A stretch of DNA of 64,000 nt from Squalus acanthias (GCA_030390025.1 CM059432.1:110548001-110612000); one strand, 5' to 3'. Shown: positions 1 through 12,201, counted from the first letter of the stretch. The notes: generated by a model from the letters alone, not told the origin. Program-made: numbers and translations.

Positions 1-738
1 CAAGAAACTGGAGAGTACTGAAGTGCAAAGGGATCTGGGGGTCCTGGTGCACGAAACTCAAAAGGTTAGTATGCAGGTGCAGCAAGTGATTAAGAAGGCA
101 AATGGAATGTTGGCTTTCATTGCTAGGGGGATAGAATATAAAAATAGGGAGGTATTGCTTCGGTTGTACAAGGTATTGGTGAGACCGCACCTGGAATACT
201 GCATACAGTTTTGGTGTCCTTACATAAGGAAAGACATCCTTGCTCTCAAGGCAGTGCAAAAAAGGTTCACTCGGTTAATCCCGGGGATGAGGGGGTGGTC
301 ATATGAGGAGAGGTTGGGTAGATTGGGACTCTACTCATTGGAGTTCAGAAGAATGAGAGGCGATCTTATTGAAACATATAAGATTGTGAAGGGGTTGGAT
401 CGGGTGGATGCGGGGAGGATGTTCCCGATGATGGGTGAGACTAGAACTAGGGGACATAGTCTTAGAATAAGGGGCTGCTCTTTCAAAACTGAGATGAGGA
501 GGAACTACTTCACTCAGAGGGTGGTAGGTCCATGGAATATGCTGCCACAAAAAGCTGTAGAAGCTACATCATTAAATAAATTTAAAACAGAAATAGACAG
601 TTTCCTAGAAGTAAAGGGCATTAAGGGTTACGGGGAGCGGGCAGGAATTTGGACATGAGTCTAGGTTCGGATCGGTCATGGCCCTGTGGGTAGTGGAGCG
701 GGCCCAGGGACCTTGTAGCCTGATTCTGCTCCTATTTC
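1..738 (+). mobile_element. CR1 LINE, 3' part of ORF2 (RT C-terminal region) plus 3' UTR; runs off the window start
   Basis: ORF 23..658 has [21 protein letters not shown] and RRMRGDLIETYKI, typical of the CR1 ORF2 C-terminus and collinear with ORF 17118..18482; followed by a diverged CR1-like 3' UTR. Confidence 0.95.
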
Positions 739-796
739 GTGTGTGCAATTCTGTTAGATGCAGGAGATGGTTCCGTGATAGATAGTAGATTGGCGG

Positions 797-897
797 TTAG
801 GATCAGATCAGCCATGATCTTATTGAATGGCGGAGCAGGCTCGAGGGGCCGATTGGCCTACTCCTGCTCCTATTTCTTATGTTCTTATGTTCTTATA
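797..897 (+). mobile_element. CR1 3' UTR stub with (TTCTTATG)n tail
   Basis: gatcagccatgatcttattgaatggcggagcaggctcg...cctactcctgctcctatttcttatgttcttatgttcttat; same as the tails at 18490 and 40275. Confidence 0.9.
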
Positions 898-1893
898 TGG
901 ACACCAAGGTTTCTCTGCTCATTGACATGTTTCAAAATCATGCCATTTATAGTATACTGTCTTTCCATATTCATCCTCTCAGGAACTACCGATTGTGACA
1001 TAGGAAGTGAAGTAAATTTAAAGAGACACTGGCTTCATGAAAATAACAAATCACTTCTGTTCATTTGTTCAGAACTCATGAGGCAGTGAGCAAACTGCAT
1101 CAAAATGCAACGTCAAGTCACTTGTGAGCGACAATAATTGTCAATAATTATGAGCAGCCCTGCTTACTCTTCTCCCATGCTGAAAAAAAATAATAGCCTC
1201 CCACTGCAGGCAATACCTCTTAAACAACAATTGATGCTATCACAGGGCCAAAGTGCTTCAGCTTTGTGAACATCAGTTCAGTTCTTAGGCTCAGAAACTC
1301 CTCCAGGACTTTTCCCTGAGGACGACATGTTCTGCTCAAATAATAATACTCAAAACAGAAATCAACTGGAAAAAAATCAAGGGCATGGTAACATTGATCT
1401 GAATCCTCTTTAACTGACTGATTTTGAAAGGGACCCTGCAGGTGAGAATATCTCTTCAGCTAAACTTTCCACACCAAATTCGAAACAACGTATGCTGGTG
1501 AATTACAGATCAATTGCTGAAAGCGCTTGCAATTTGGTTAGTTACTCATTTTGCACCGTAATTTTAACACATGTGATTCATAGGGATACAACTTCTTTTT
1601 CTTTTAATCCCGATGAACCCTTTGGATTGAAACAACAATGCAAAACCAATAGTTCACAGAGCATGCATTGGCAGCATTGCACATCACTTTAACACAGTCT
1701 CTTCCACAATCAAACACCTTTTTGGAAAATAACTTACTCTGATTCTAAGTCTGTGTGAATATAATAGACTTATCTCAATGGCTCAGAATTAGCAGTCAGC
1801 GATGAAGTGATGGCGCTCGCTGCTGACATCGAAGAAAGCTTCCCACAAAGGTCTCGCGACCTCTGTGGCGAAAACTTTAGCTTTCTCAATATT

Positions 1894-2634
1894 GGCCCGA
1901 AAATTAGTCCTAATACGCGAGAGTACGCACTGTGTACTCTCGCGTTTTAGGTCTCCAATTGCCGGTTTCCAGCATGCACTGCGCATGCGCGGGAAACCGG
2001 CACTTCGTGAACTCAAAAGGGGGCAGTTCCTAAGTGAACCGCGTGCACGCTACAGGCTGCGCGCACGCAGTGCACTTAGTGCTTTGAACGCGCAGGTAAG
2101 CATGGAAGATTTTACACATAAAGAAAGGAGGCGTAAGACCCTCTTTTAACAAGGTAAGTAGTTAATTAAGTATTATTTTAAATTTTTTTCAACAGGTTTA
2201 TCTTTTTTAGAGACTTTAAAGAAAGGTAAGTTTATTTTTATAACTTTTAAAAAGATTTTAAATTTTTTCAAAAATTTTAATTTTTGTTTAATGTGGTTAA
2301 TTTATTTAACTATAGTTATTTTATTAATGTGATGTTTTTTTTAAATTTAATTGAGGTTTAGCTGTTCTTTTGGGGGTAAGTTGTATTCATAGCTTTGACA
2401 GTTCTCCTGTTAAAACTATGAATGAAAGATGGTGTGCTGCCATTGGCTCTAACTGAATCACGTGATCCCAGAGCTCGCACAAACTAACTGCATCTGTGGG
2501 TCACGCAAGCACTGCACAGCTGCAGCCTTGAAACTAAAGTTCGTGTGGGCCCGGAGGGAAAAGGTAGGCGCGCAGTGAGGTATCGCGGGGAAGCCTTACC
2601 CCCGCAGGAACGCTCAGTGTTTAATTTCTGGGCC
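1894..2634. mobile_element. Non-autonomous PIF/Harbinger-like MITE
   Basis: Imperfect TIRs GGCCCGAAAATTA / TAATTTCTGGGCC; 3-bp direct repeat ATT at 1891-1893 and 2635-2637; GC-rich subterminal arms with an AT-rich core. Confidence 0.75.
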
Positions 2635-2664
2635 ATTAGTTTGATTCTACCTGTGCATGTGCTA

Positions 2665-3560
2665 AATCCTGAAATTACGGTCAGTTTTAGGGGGATAATG
2701 ATGGCGAACGCTGACAGTTTACCGTCATCACCACCGCCATTATGTTTGTATGAAGCACCGAGAAAGCTGAAGAGAATGATATATAACTAAAATTACAAAG
2801 TGAAAGTGCACACTATTGTGCTCTCAGCACCGAAGGAATGGTGCCAGCCGTTCCTTACATTTACACTTGCCCACAGACGTTCTACCGGGTTTTGCACTGG
2901 AACTTACTGTGAATTAGAGAGCCAAAACGGCATGGCGCCCTCTACAGGGGCTCTGGGACCTGTGTGAACAGTGCAAGCAACTGTGCATCTCCTTAACCAA
3001 TCAGATTGCAGTGCAGTCTGAACCAGGAAGTGTTAGTTAGAATATTGAATTCAATGTCAAATCAGGTACAGAAAGTGAAATAAAGAGAGGGAAAGAAACA
3101 TTGGATTAAGAGAGAGAGATAAAAGAGACAGAAAGAAAAAGTTAAAAAAATGAAACTTTTTAAAATCTCCAGCAATAATTAAAATCTGAAGGAATGAGAC
3201 TCCACATTTGTAAAACTTAATTTTCCGTGCCAGAGAGGTTGTTTGATAGTAATTAAGACTTATCACATCGTTAAAAGGGTACTTACACTGGAATGGACAA
3301 GCTCTAACTTTTTCACAAGTTTAGTGTGTATATATCAGGTAAGTACATCAACTTCACGCCGATTGTGTTTTAATGCCGAGTCTCTCGACCATATACCGTT
3401 ATCGCGCAGCTTCTGGAGGAGCAGGGCATCTTGTGTAGCAACTTGCTGATTTCCGCGTTTAACTGCACCTGTGTGGTCGCCGGAATTTGCTGTCAGATTT
3501 ACATTTCAATAACGTTGAGCACTGATAGCCTCACCCTTGCTTTTACCGCAAATCCGGCCC
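2665..3560. mobile_element. Harbinger-like MITE (right TIR clear, left TIR degraded)
   Basis: Right end AAATCCGGCCC resembles the Harbinger TIR at 7014-7025; 3200-3560 is homologous to 4711-5070. Confidence 0.6.
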
Positions 3561-4503
3561 ATTATTTCTAGTAATCGTTGTTTTCTCTCTTTACCAAGTA
3601 GGGGAAACTGAGTTGGGGAATGTCCTATTAAATGAAGAAAATACTGTTATTTCATTGGGGGAATATTTACACTCATTTCATTGTAATCATGAAGAGTGGG
3701 GCAGATCACAAATCCACTTAAATACACAAATATATCTCCCATGGAATTGCTCATTGTAAGTTGGATGATGTATTATTTTATAAAGATAGAAGATATACCA
3801 TGCTTATGCAAATTATTGTTCTGCTGCTAAAGTGTGTGCAGCTGTGTGCAACTTTGTGTGCTCCTTTAAGAGCACATGATGTGATTGCTGCATCTTCTTG
3901 CGACAAATAGAAGTTCTAAACAGATGCTCAAGTGAATTAAAGGGTAGACTGTTTCTTTGTTTAGATACTTTTTTAAAGTGTGACTCAAAGTTAACTATTC
4001 TGTTGCTGGGGAACTTTCACTGTAGAGTACAAAGACCTGGTTTTCTTTCCCAAAATTGTCTTCATTGTTTTGTATAAGGGATTTGCACATGCTCTCAGGT
4101 CATACTTTGATACAGAGTAATGCTATATTACAGACAACACAATGCTTGCATGTACAGACATTGAGGGTCATGCATAGTTACATAGGGCTGTACATTAGAA
4201 TGTAGTGCTTCATGTTGAGGCCTCCTAGTCAGGGGTTCTGGGAGCTCATTGGCGGTGGGTGTGTGAATGTTTCACCAGACATTAGGTCGAGGTAACAATG
4301 TATGCCAGTAGGGTTTGAGTGGGGTTCTGGAATCTGCAACTTCAGCATTCAGCCCAAAGGTTACTTTGGCTGTGGAGGTTTGGGATGGGTAGAAGGCAAT
4401 CTCGCAGCAGACCCCGATGCCTCTTGGTGTTTCCCAGCTCCGTGCACAATCCTTGCATTATACACTTTGACTGGCAAATGTCCATGCTTGCTGTGGGGGT
4501 GAC

Positions 4504-4660
4504 AGAACATAAGAACATAAGAAATAGGAGCAGGAGTAGGCCATTTGGCCCTTCGAGCCTGCTCCGCCATTCAATAAGATCATGGCTGATCTTCTACTTC
4601 ATCTCCACTTTCCTGCACTATCCCCATATCCCTTAATATTCAAAAATCTATCGATCTATC
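4504..4660 (-). mobile_element. CR1 3' UTR stub
   Basis: agaacataagaacataagaaataggagcaggagtaggcc... is the reverse complement of the CR1 tail. Confidence 0.9.
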
Positions 4661-4710
4661 GACAGGATGACATATCTTCTTGCCAAGGGTATGTCTGAGG
4701 GAAATAGATG

Positions 4711-5070
4711 CCACACTTGTAAAATAAAATTTTCAGGGCCAGAGAGGTTGTTCAGCAGTAATAATCATTTACCCGCCGTTAAAAACTCACTTACTCCTGA
4801 ATGCACCAGCCCTAACTTTTTTAGCCATTTTTAGTGTGGAACTAGCGTGCAAGTACCCAAGTTCACGCCGTTGCAGTCATTTCAGTGCTGAGTCTATCGA
4901 CGAGGGCTGCAACAGCACATCCTGTGGAGGAGCAGGGTATCTCTGACAGCAACTTCCGGATTTGCGTGTTTAACTGCGCATGCGTGGACACCAGAAGTTT
5001 CTGCCCGATTTACCCCATTCTAACAGAGATGCTATGAGCCTCACCGTTATTCTTATCGCAAAATCTGGCG
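4711..5070. mobile_element. Truncated second copy of the 2665-3560 MITE family
   Basis: Collinear similarity (ccacacttgtaaaa...gccagagaggttgtt...ggaggagcaggg...gcctcacc...gcaaaatctggcgc). Confidence 0.7.
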
Positions 5071-5559
5071 CATGATGTACTTGTAGGGCAGCTCTACATT
5101 ATAGACAGCCAGATCTATTGGGGTAGGCCTGCACTGGATTTTACAAACCACAACGGAGTCTTGAAGGATGTGCCGGATCTGAAGACAACAGGCATAGTTG
5201 TGCTTAGTGGTACAAAAGTTTATTAGCCAACTGCTGAAGGATGCCTAAAAACCAAAGTGAACGATAGAGAAAATAGTGAAAAATTAAGATTAAGGGCTGG
5301 ATTTTACGAACCTCGGTGGTGGGTCCCGACCTCGCTGCTGTCTCCATCCCGGCCTCTGTAATGAATTTACTGTGATTGGGCTGGTTAAGCCCACCCAGCG
5401 CATTTCCCAGCCAATTAGAGGAAGTGGGTCTGGTGACATCATTTGATGACGCGTCATCAGCCGGTTTCCTTAAAGGGACCATGGCCAACTTTCTTTTGAC
5501 ATTTGTGCTGTCAGTGTTCTACAGCATTGAGGTGCTGCAAACACTGACAATCACTGCAC

Positions 5560-5775
5560 AGAGGTGCACGGCTGCACCCAGGCTCTCCCATGACTTATGC
5601 TTATGGAGGGAGTCAGAGCACACAGGGAGGTTCTCTTCCCTTCCCATGGGCGGAAGAGACCTACCTAGGAGATCAACACAGCCTGGTTGCACATTGCAGA
5701 GGAGGGCACAAGCAGGGATGTGGTCAGGAGGACCTGGGTGCAGTGCCGCAAACGTTTCAATGATCTCAGTAGATC
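5560..5775 (+). pseudogene. Harbinger Myb/SANT-like DNA-binding gene, exon 1 remnant (frameshifted)
   Basis: AAPRLS...REVLFPSHGRKRP...AWLHIAEEGTSRDVVRRTWVQCRKRFNDL; homologous to 22862..23032. Confidence 0.8.
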
Positions 5776-6274
5776 ACGAAACAATAGTACAAATCAACAC
5801 TCAACCTCATCCTGCTGTGCCTCTCATCACATCCCCATCACTCTGCCTTCTCTACCCTACACCTGCACATCCCTCCTTACACCAACTTACCTTGAACCTC
5901 CACCCATCCCTCTCTATCTACATTATCACATCCCCATCTCAGTAGCCACCCCTCACCCTCACCCTACTGTCATCATACCAACTAACAACACACAAGGGTA
6001 GCCACTTGTGTGTTTTAGCCAATGTTCATGTGAAGTTTCTGTTAATGTGCTGTCAAACACTGAAACCTTTATTTTCAACACTTGGACAGATTTGTGTGCA
6101 CCTTTGGAAGTGGCTTAGTGAGTTGCAGTGAATGGTGAGACCTAACAGTACCCCCCGCAATGGTGATGAGTGTGAAAGGAATGGCTTGGGCATTGTAGGA
6201 ATGCTTTATGGTGTCGGTGTGGGGTGGTGCCAACCTGGCGCATCATGTGGCAGCCAAGGTGTACAGCATCAAGT

Positions 6275-6485
6275 GAAGTAAATCTGGCCATGGTGAGGTC
6301 ATCCCTGGCCTCCCGGGCAACAAAGTGGTCGGGTGCTGATGCCCTGTGCCCTGTGCAGCATCAGGTGATTGCGGAGAAGGTTGGTGTTGTTGTTGGTGCT
6401 GTTGGTGTGCCTTGTGCTGCTGGTGTTGGGGCTGATCGTGGTGGGATTCTGAGGACCAAAGTGAGAGAGTTTCAAGGGCACCCAT
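6275..6485 (-). pseudogene. Harbinger transposase remnant: N-terminus fused to extreme C-terminus
   Basis: MGAL...QQHQQQHQPSP (compare MGAA...QQQQHQQPSP at 25977) joined to AREARDDLTMARF (compare VREAWDGLIMARFS at 24838). Confidence 0.7.
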
Positions 6486-7304
6486 GCTGATGGAATAGTT
6501 GGCAGGTGAAGTTGAGATGACAGAAGCGATCTGTCAATGGTGGGAGAGGTAATGAGGTCAGACTGGATGGAGACTTGTGTAAAGACTTGCAGCATCCTGA
6601 ATCTGTAGTGGAAATGCATTTTAGAGAAGCTGGTGGTTAAGGGAACATTTCTCAATCAGCTGGGAGCTATGACTTGACATGTGAAGCTGTCAACTCATCA
6701 GCTGATTCAATGGCCAGTGACCTCCCAACTCAGCTTCACAGACGAGGTCTAGGCACAACGGGAAACCGGTGGACGACCTGTCAAATCCAAAAAGCTGGGA
6801 AAAAACCATTGATAAGTGGCTGTAAACAAGCCACTGATGATTTTAATTGCCTCTCCCACCGCTGCCTGTCGGGTCTGCTCAGCGCTGGCAGACCCAACAT
6901 CGGGTAAAAGCGTGTGGCGGCGGGTTTACATTGGGGTCCCAATCCGCTGGGGAAAAAAAACACTTTCCCACCCAACCCGACCCCTGATCGCGCTTGCTGA
7001 CCCCCCCCCTTGCAAAATCCAGCCCTAAGTGTTTAATTTATAACTTAAGTCTCTGAACCTAGACAGTAAAGTAATATTATACAATGCAGAGAGATAATGT
7101 AAGTAAAAGATAAGTTAGGACCAGAAAATGCAACTGGAGAAAGAAGATGAGGACGACAGATGTCCCAAAAGAAGATGTCCAGCCGGCAGCCTACTAAAAG
7201 GAAGAAGCTGTATGTGATATGCTGATATCACAGATGGATAACTAAATTCTGGAAATGTGTTTAGATACATTGAATACAAACTGTAAATTTCTGTTTTATT
7301 ATCC

Positions 7305-7590
7305 ATTCTCAGGGTGTGGACGTCGCTGGTAAGGCCGGCATTTGTTGCCCATGGCTAGTTGCCCTGAGAAGGTGATGGTGAATCTTCTTGAACCACTGGT
7401 AGTAGTTTTATACAATTGATTCGCTTGCTATGCCACTGCAGAGGGCAATTAAAAGTCAACTATAATGTGGGACTGGAGTCACGTATAAACCAGACTGGGT
7501 AAGGACGGCAGGTTTCCTTCCCTAAACGACATTAGTGAACCATTTTTATGGCAATCCGATAGTTTCATGGTCACTTTTAATGATGCCATT
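7305..7590 (-). mobile_element. SINE fragment with LINE-derived 3' tail
   Basis: 7305-7395 is the reverse complement of the LINE 3' end at 38640-38735; followed by a SINE-like body (ctggagtcac...ccagactgggtaaggacggcaggtttccttcccta). Confidence 0.55.
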
Positions 7591-7859
7591 GAATATTAAA
7601 TAAATATGCAAATATGCTATGCAATCCTGTTAATTGGTAAAACCCAGAAAAGACCGAGATATTGTGATACACTTAAATTACAGTTGTGCCTGTGATGATT
7701 TAGACTCTGTCAATTAATAGCACATATCAAAGTACTTATAATAAATCCTTAAGGCTTAACTTTATGATGGTATTAATTGTGTTGCTGTAGGCGGTTAAAT
7801 AAAGTAGTGTTAGTTAAGAGTTTTGTAACCAACTTCATCTGTAAAAAACAGCAAACGCC

Positions 7860-8558
7860 ATCGTGAGGTGGGGCGGCCACTGGGCAGCCACAATGCCCAC
7901 CTGTTTCAGGTGGTAGGCACTTTTTAAGATGCAAATTGGGGTCCCATAACATACAGCACTCTGATCACCATTCTGGAAGACAGGTATGCACGGTGCACAT
8001 TCCACCCACATTTACCCAGCAGTATAGCCAATGGGGACCAACACGGTAAGTTTAACATTTATACAAAGCAAAATACTGCGGATGCTGGAAATCTGAAATA
8101 AAAACAGAAAATGCTGGCAAGGCTCAGCAGGTCAGGCAGCATCTGTGGAGAGAGAAACAGAGTTAACGTTTCAGGTTGGGTCATCGACCTGAAACATTAA
8201 CTCTGTCTCTTGCTCCACAGATGCTGCCTGACCTGTTGAGTCTTCCCAGCATTTTCTGTTTTTAAGTTTAACATTTATTTGTGGGGCCAGGTGGAGCAAG
8301 AGTGCTCCTCTGAGCTCCACGAAAAACTAGGGCAGCAATATTGCTGCTGCCCCAGGCTCCACCCTTCTGCAACTCCAACACCCGCCCCCCGCCCTCCCAG
8401 GACCTACCTTTCCGCTGGTTTGGTTCTGCTCCACCAGACCTCCAGCGGCATGGTAATGTGGCCCCACCCTTACAATGGACGTGGTCTCCGACCAGCACTA
8501 TCCGATGACTAGCCGGCACACTCCGCCAATCGGCCACCTGATAGTTTAAATCGACCCC
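7860..8558. mobile_element. Harbinger-like MITE interrupted by a Penelope-type insertion
   Basis: Right end AAATCGACCCC is TIR-like; core gtggggccagg-ggagca-gagtgctcc is shared with 11340-11390 and 35645-35680; left boundary approximate. Confidence 0.5.
8063..8262. mobile_element. Penelope-like element terminal repeat in inverted (hairpin) arrangement
   Basis: About 78-bp inverted arms (8100-8177 / 8187-8263); same sequence as the end of the PLE at 27345; 16-bp direct repeat TAAGTTTAACATTTAT at 8047-8062 and 8263-8278. Confidence 0.8.
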
Positions 8559-9047
8559 AAAATGTTGTTACACAGCAGGTCAGCCAGCATCTGTACAAAA
8601 GCAGGTTATGATGTTTCAAGTGCATACCTTTTGCTCTTTACAGATGTTGATTGATCTGCATTGTTTTATTTTTCACAGTTCTAGTCTTTACAGGTCTTCA
8701 TTTTTATGTAATCTATGCTGACTCTAATAAGTATGAGTTAATTATACTTCATTCAATGTCATAATGTGTGATGCCTTGCCATTATAACATTTCAGTAGTC
8801 CAAAGATGTGCTAATTCAGAATTCTGACAAACCTTATGCATATTCGGTAGATTCCAATCCAATGTTCCTCTGTCTACCTGTTAGAAATAGGGCAAAAGGA
8901 TTTGATTGATAGGCTTTGATTAATGTTGATTATCTATTAGGATTTTGAACATGCTCTTTCAGGATTGAACAACTTTGTCTGGCCCTCAGCCCATTTTGAA
9001 GCCATGCCCCTGGCTGTTTGCAATAGAGCTGCATCTGTAAACACTTC

Positions 9048-9784
9048 GTGGGAGAAATTGGGTGACTTTGCGCCTCTCGTTGGAGCATAACGTGGCGCAA
9101 ATGGCTTTGCGACCAGGCGCGGTGCTGACATCGACTTCTGCCATATTCGGCGGGAGTTTTGCAGCGGTGCTACGGCGTTGTGCCCCGATCTCCTTCGCCC
9201 GGAGATCGTGACGTCATCGCCGTGCGCATCGCCCGGACCCAAAATTGACTTCCGCCCCCTGCAGCAGCGCTGGTCGAAAACACCGACAGCTGCAGGAGGT
9301 GTGCATCGGGCTGCCGGCCGCTTCGGGGCCGATAATTAAAGGCGAGGTGGCCGAGGTAAGTGGAAAAAAAACTTACTTTTCCTGTTGGTGTTTTTTTTGC
9401 GGTTTCCTGCCCGCGATCGATCAGCCCAGCACTCTGCTTGAGTGCTGGGCTGATCGCACGGGATCGCGGCTGCCTTGGTGGTCCAGGTAGGTAATTTTTC
9501 TATTGCAAAGCCTGCAGCGATGGTCCTTCCCTTTAAGGGAGGGAGGAGCCTTTGAACGCGGCAGCGCTGCACGGCCCAGTGTGCAGCGTTGCTTAAGTCT
9601 CCACCCCGATATTCTGGGTTAGCGCTCCAAGAAGGAAGTGGAGCGCTTGATTTAGTGCTCCACCTGCCTCTTGGGGTGCTAAAACTCAATTTTGCTGTCG
9701 CCGGTGCTAATTAGCGCCGGGCGCTAAAGTTTGCGCCCAGGCGATGTTAGCGTCCCAAAATGGTCGATACCGAATTTTCCCCCC
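9048..9784. mobile_element. CpG-rich Harbinger-like MITE
   Basis: TIRs GTGGGAGAAATT / AATTTTCCCCCC; TTC repeated at 9045-9047 and 9785-9787; repeated gcgc-rich subterminal motifs. Confidence 0.7.
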
Positions 9785-10029
9785 TTCATTATTGACCTTA
9801 CTGGAACAGGCGAGCAGGGAGGAGACCTTATTCAAGGACCTCCAGGTCAGATAGAAAGCTGAGATTTGAAAAATAAAACAAGGAAATACTGCACCTGGAA
9901 GACAAAGGAGTTCCCTACCTTTATTGATTGTACTGTTTTGACATTATCCACTTCTATGTTGCAATTGAATGAACAACAACGATTGTTCAATAATCCACAG
10001 TAGCCAGAAAGAGTGTGGGAAATCCCAGC

Positions 10030-11046
10030 ACCAGAGATATAAAAGGAGCAGCGGCAGAGAGAGGCAGACACCAGACAAATAGAGGGAAAAACAAGAACGT
10101 GACGTCAGCACAGAGTGAGGAGTGGTGGAGCCCAATTAGAGCTAAGTGTTTAAATGATCATTTATCTTAAGTATTTAGAGGATAATATCCTTTGCGTAAA
10201 CAAATAGACCTTATAGGCTAAATAGCCTAAACAGATCTAAGGGGATAAAAATAAACTAAGTAGAGCAAACCAACATTCAAGGGATCCAATCTGAATTAAA
10301 TAAGCATCTGATGTACATAAATAATTCATAAATACTCAAAGTAATTAATTACTAATTAATTTGAAATCAAACTAATATATCAACTAATTAATACTAGACC
10401 TCAAGTGATTCTATTAGCTTTAGAAATAAATTACTGCAAACAATAAATACGTAAATAAATAAAGATTAGAAATGACAGCACTATGTGGGAGTTTGTAACT
10501 AGCAAGACTGACCCGGATTGCCAGAACTGTAAGAAATGTCTGTACATTGACACACTCCAGCTAAGAGTCATTGAGCTGGAGTGTGAGTTAGAGACACTCT
10601 GACACTTAAGGGAGGGGGAAGACTTTATGGATGATTTTCTCCAGAGTACAGTCACAGCTCAGAGGAAGCAGAGTGTGTGACTGTAAATCAGCAGAGTAGG
10701 GGGTACCTGGGAGAGGTAAAGAGGAAGGTCCCACAGACACTGGTCCTATCCAACAGGTACAATATACTTGCTACCTGTGAGGATTAGGGTGAAGGCTGCA
10801 GGGAGAATAGCCAGAATGCTGACCATGGCACTGTGGAGCAGACTAGAATGGTTGTAATTATAGGGAATTTGATAATTAAGGGGAGAGATGACCGAGAGGG
10901 GGTGAGGCTTACCTGGTGCAAGGGTAAAGGATATCGCGGAGCAACTGGAGAGGAACCTTGAAAGGGAGGGGGACAAGATCCAGATGCCATGGTCCGTATC
11001 AGGACCAATGACATAGGGAAGAACAGAGAGGAGGTCCTGCTAAGGG
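10030..11046 (+). mobile_element. Decayed CR1 5' part: 5' UTR plus ORF1 (Cys motif, leucine zipper, SGNH esterase)
   Basis: MWEF...CQNCKKC...LQLRVIELECELETL, LSNRYNIL, LPGARVKDI and TNDIGKNREEVLL read across broken frames. Confidence 0.8.
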
Positions 11047-11049
11047 TAG

Positions 11050-11310
11050 AAGATAGGAAGAAAGGGACAGGAATAGGCCATTCAGTCCTGCGAGCCTGAT
11101 ACACCATTTAATTAGATCATGGCTGATCTATAACTTAACACCATATACCCACCTTGGTTCCATATCCCTTAATACCCTTGCCGAACAAAAACCTATCAAT
11201 CTCAGTTTTGAAATTTTCAATTGACCCCCAGCCTCAACAGCTTTTTGGAGGAGAGAATTCCAGATTTCCACTAACCGTTGTGAAGAACTGCTTCCTGACA
11301 TAACCCCTTA
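11050..11310 (-). mobile_element. CR1 3' end fragment
   Basis: ggaataggccattcag...agatcatggctgatc...cccagcctcaacagctttt is the reverse complement of the CR1 ORF2 end and UTR. Confidence 0.8.
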
Positions 11311-11324
11311 AAATTAAGTTTAAA

Positions 11325-11668
11325 AAGAATGTATAGTTTCCTTGTGGGCATGGAAGAGCAGGAGTGGTTCTCCAGGCCCAACAAGGAAACCTTGGCCCAC
11401 TCCTGCATCCCCCAACCAGTATTCTCCTCCCGGAACACTAACCTTCTGCTGGGGTCATGCACCTGGGTACTCAGTGGCCGTCTACTGTCGCCCAATTTTA
11501 ACAGGCGGGCAGCTGCTTCCCACCACCTGACCGGCCATTTTGGGAAGACGCCAAGTGGCATGCTAATGAGGCCCTGTCATTAAAATTGGCAGATTATGCC
11601 TGCTGCCTCTCCTGGACGGGCACGCCGCTCGTTTGCCCTATTCCCACCTTGAAGTTAAAATTGAGCCA
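11325..11668. mobile_element. Harbinger-like MITE fragment
   Basis: Ends in TIR-like AAAATTGAGCC; core similar to 8280-8330. Confidence 0.45.
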
Positions 11669-12201
11669 GTCGTATTTGTATTGGAATTAATGAGCTTAAG
11701 GGGTATTATTCTCAAGGGCTAGTTTTAATTAAATTGAGAAATATTCTACTGTAAACAAATTACCTGCACAATAGTTTCAACATGTAAAGTTGTTGCAATC
11801 TTTTCAATTAGAGTTTAAACAGTGTAATCTTCACACAAAAGTTTCCAATATAGTATTCATGGAAAGATGGTAGTAGACACTTTTTAGCAATTTTAGATGG
11901 TGCTGTTGCTATTGGTAACACCGTAGGGTTTTACATTTTGTGTACCTGACTACCGTAGTGTGATAGCAGTCTAGAATCAATGCACTTGTCCAATAGATTT
12001 GAGGTTCTTGCAACCCTTGTGGACAAGTGCGGGGATTGCGGGGAGGAATCGCAAACTGACCATGGCACTGTGGTACAGGAAGCCGTTCAAGTGGGGAGAG
12101 TAAAAAGGAAGGTGGTTGTAGTAGGCGACAGTATAGTTAGGGGGATAGATACTGTTCTCTGCAGCCAAGAGCGTGAATCCCGAAGGCTATGTTGCCAGGG
12201 T

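Larger units (their letters stand above)
5294..7025. mobile_element. PIF/Harbinger internal-deletion derivative with both ends intact
   Basis: Perfect 12-bp TIRs GGGCTGGATTTT / AAAATCCAGCCC; TAA target-site duplication at 5291-5293 and 7026-7028; carries Myb and transposase remnants. Confidence 0.92.

Noticed and set aside
980..1880. Possible decayed coding exon in unique sequence
   Set aside because: Stops occur at about random frequency in the best frame and no motif was recognised
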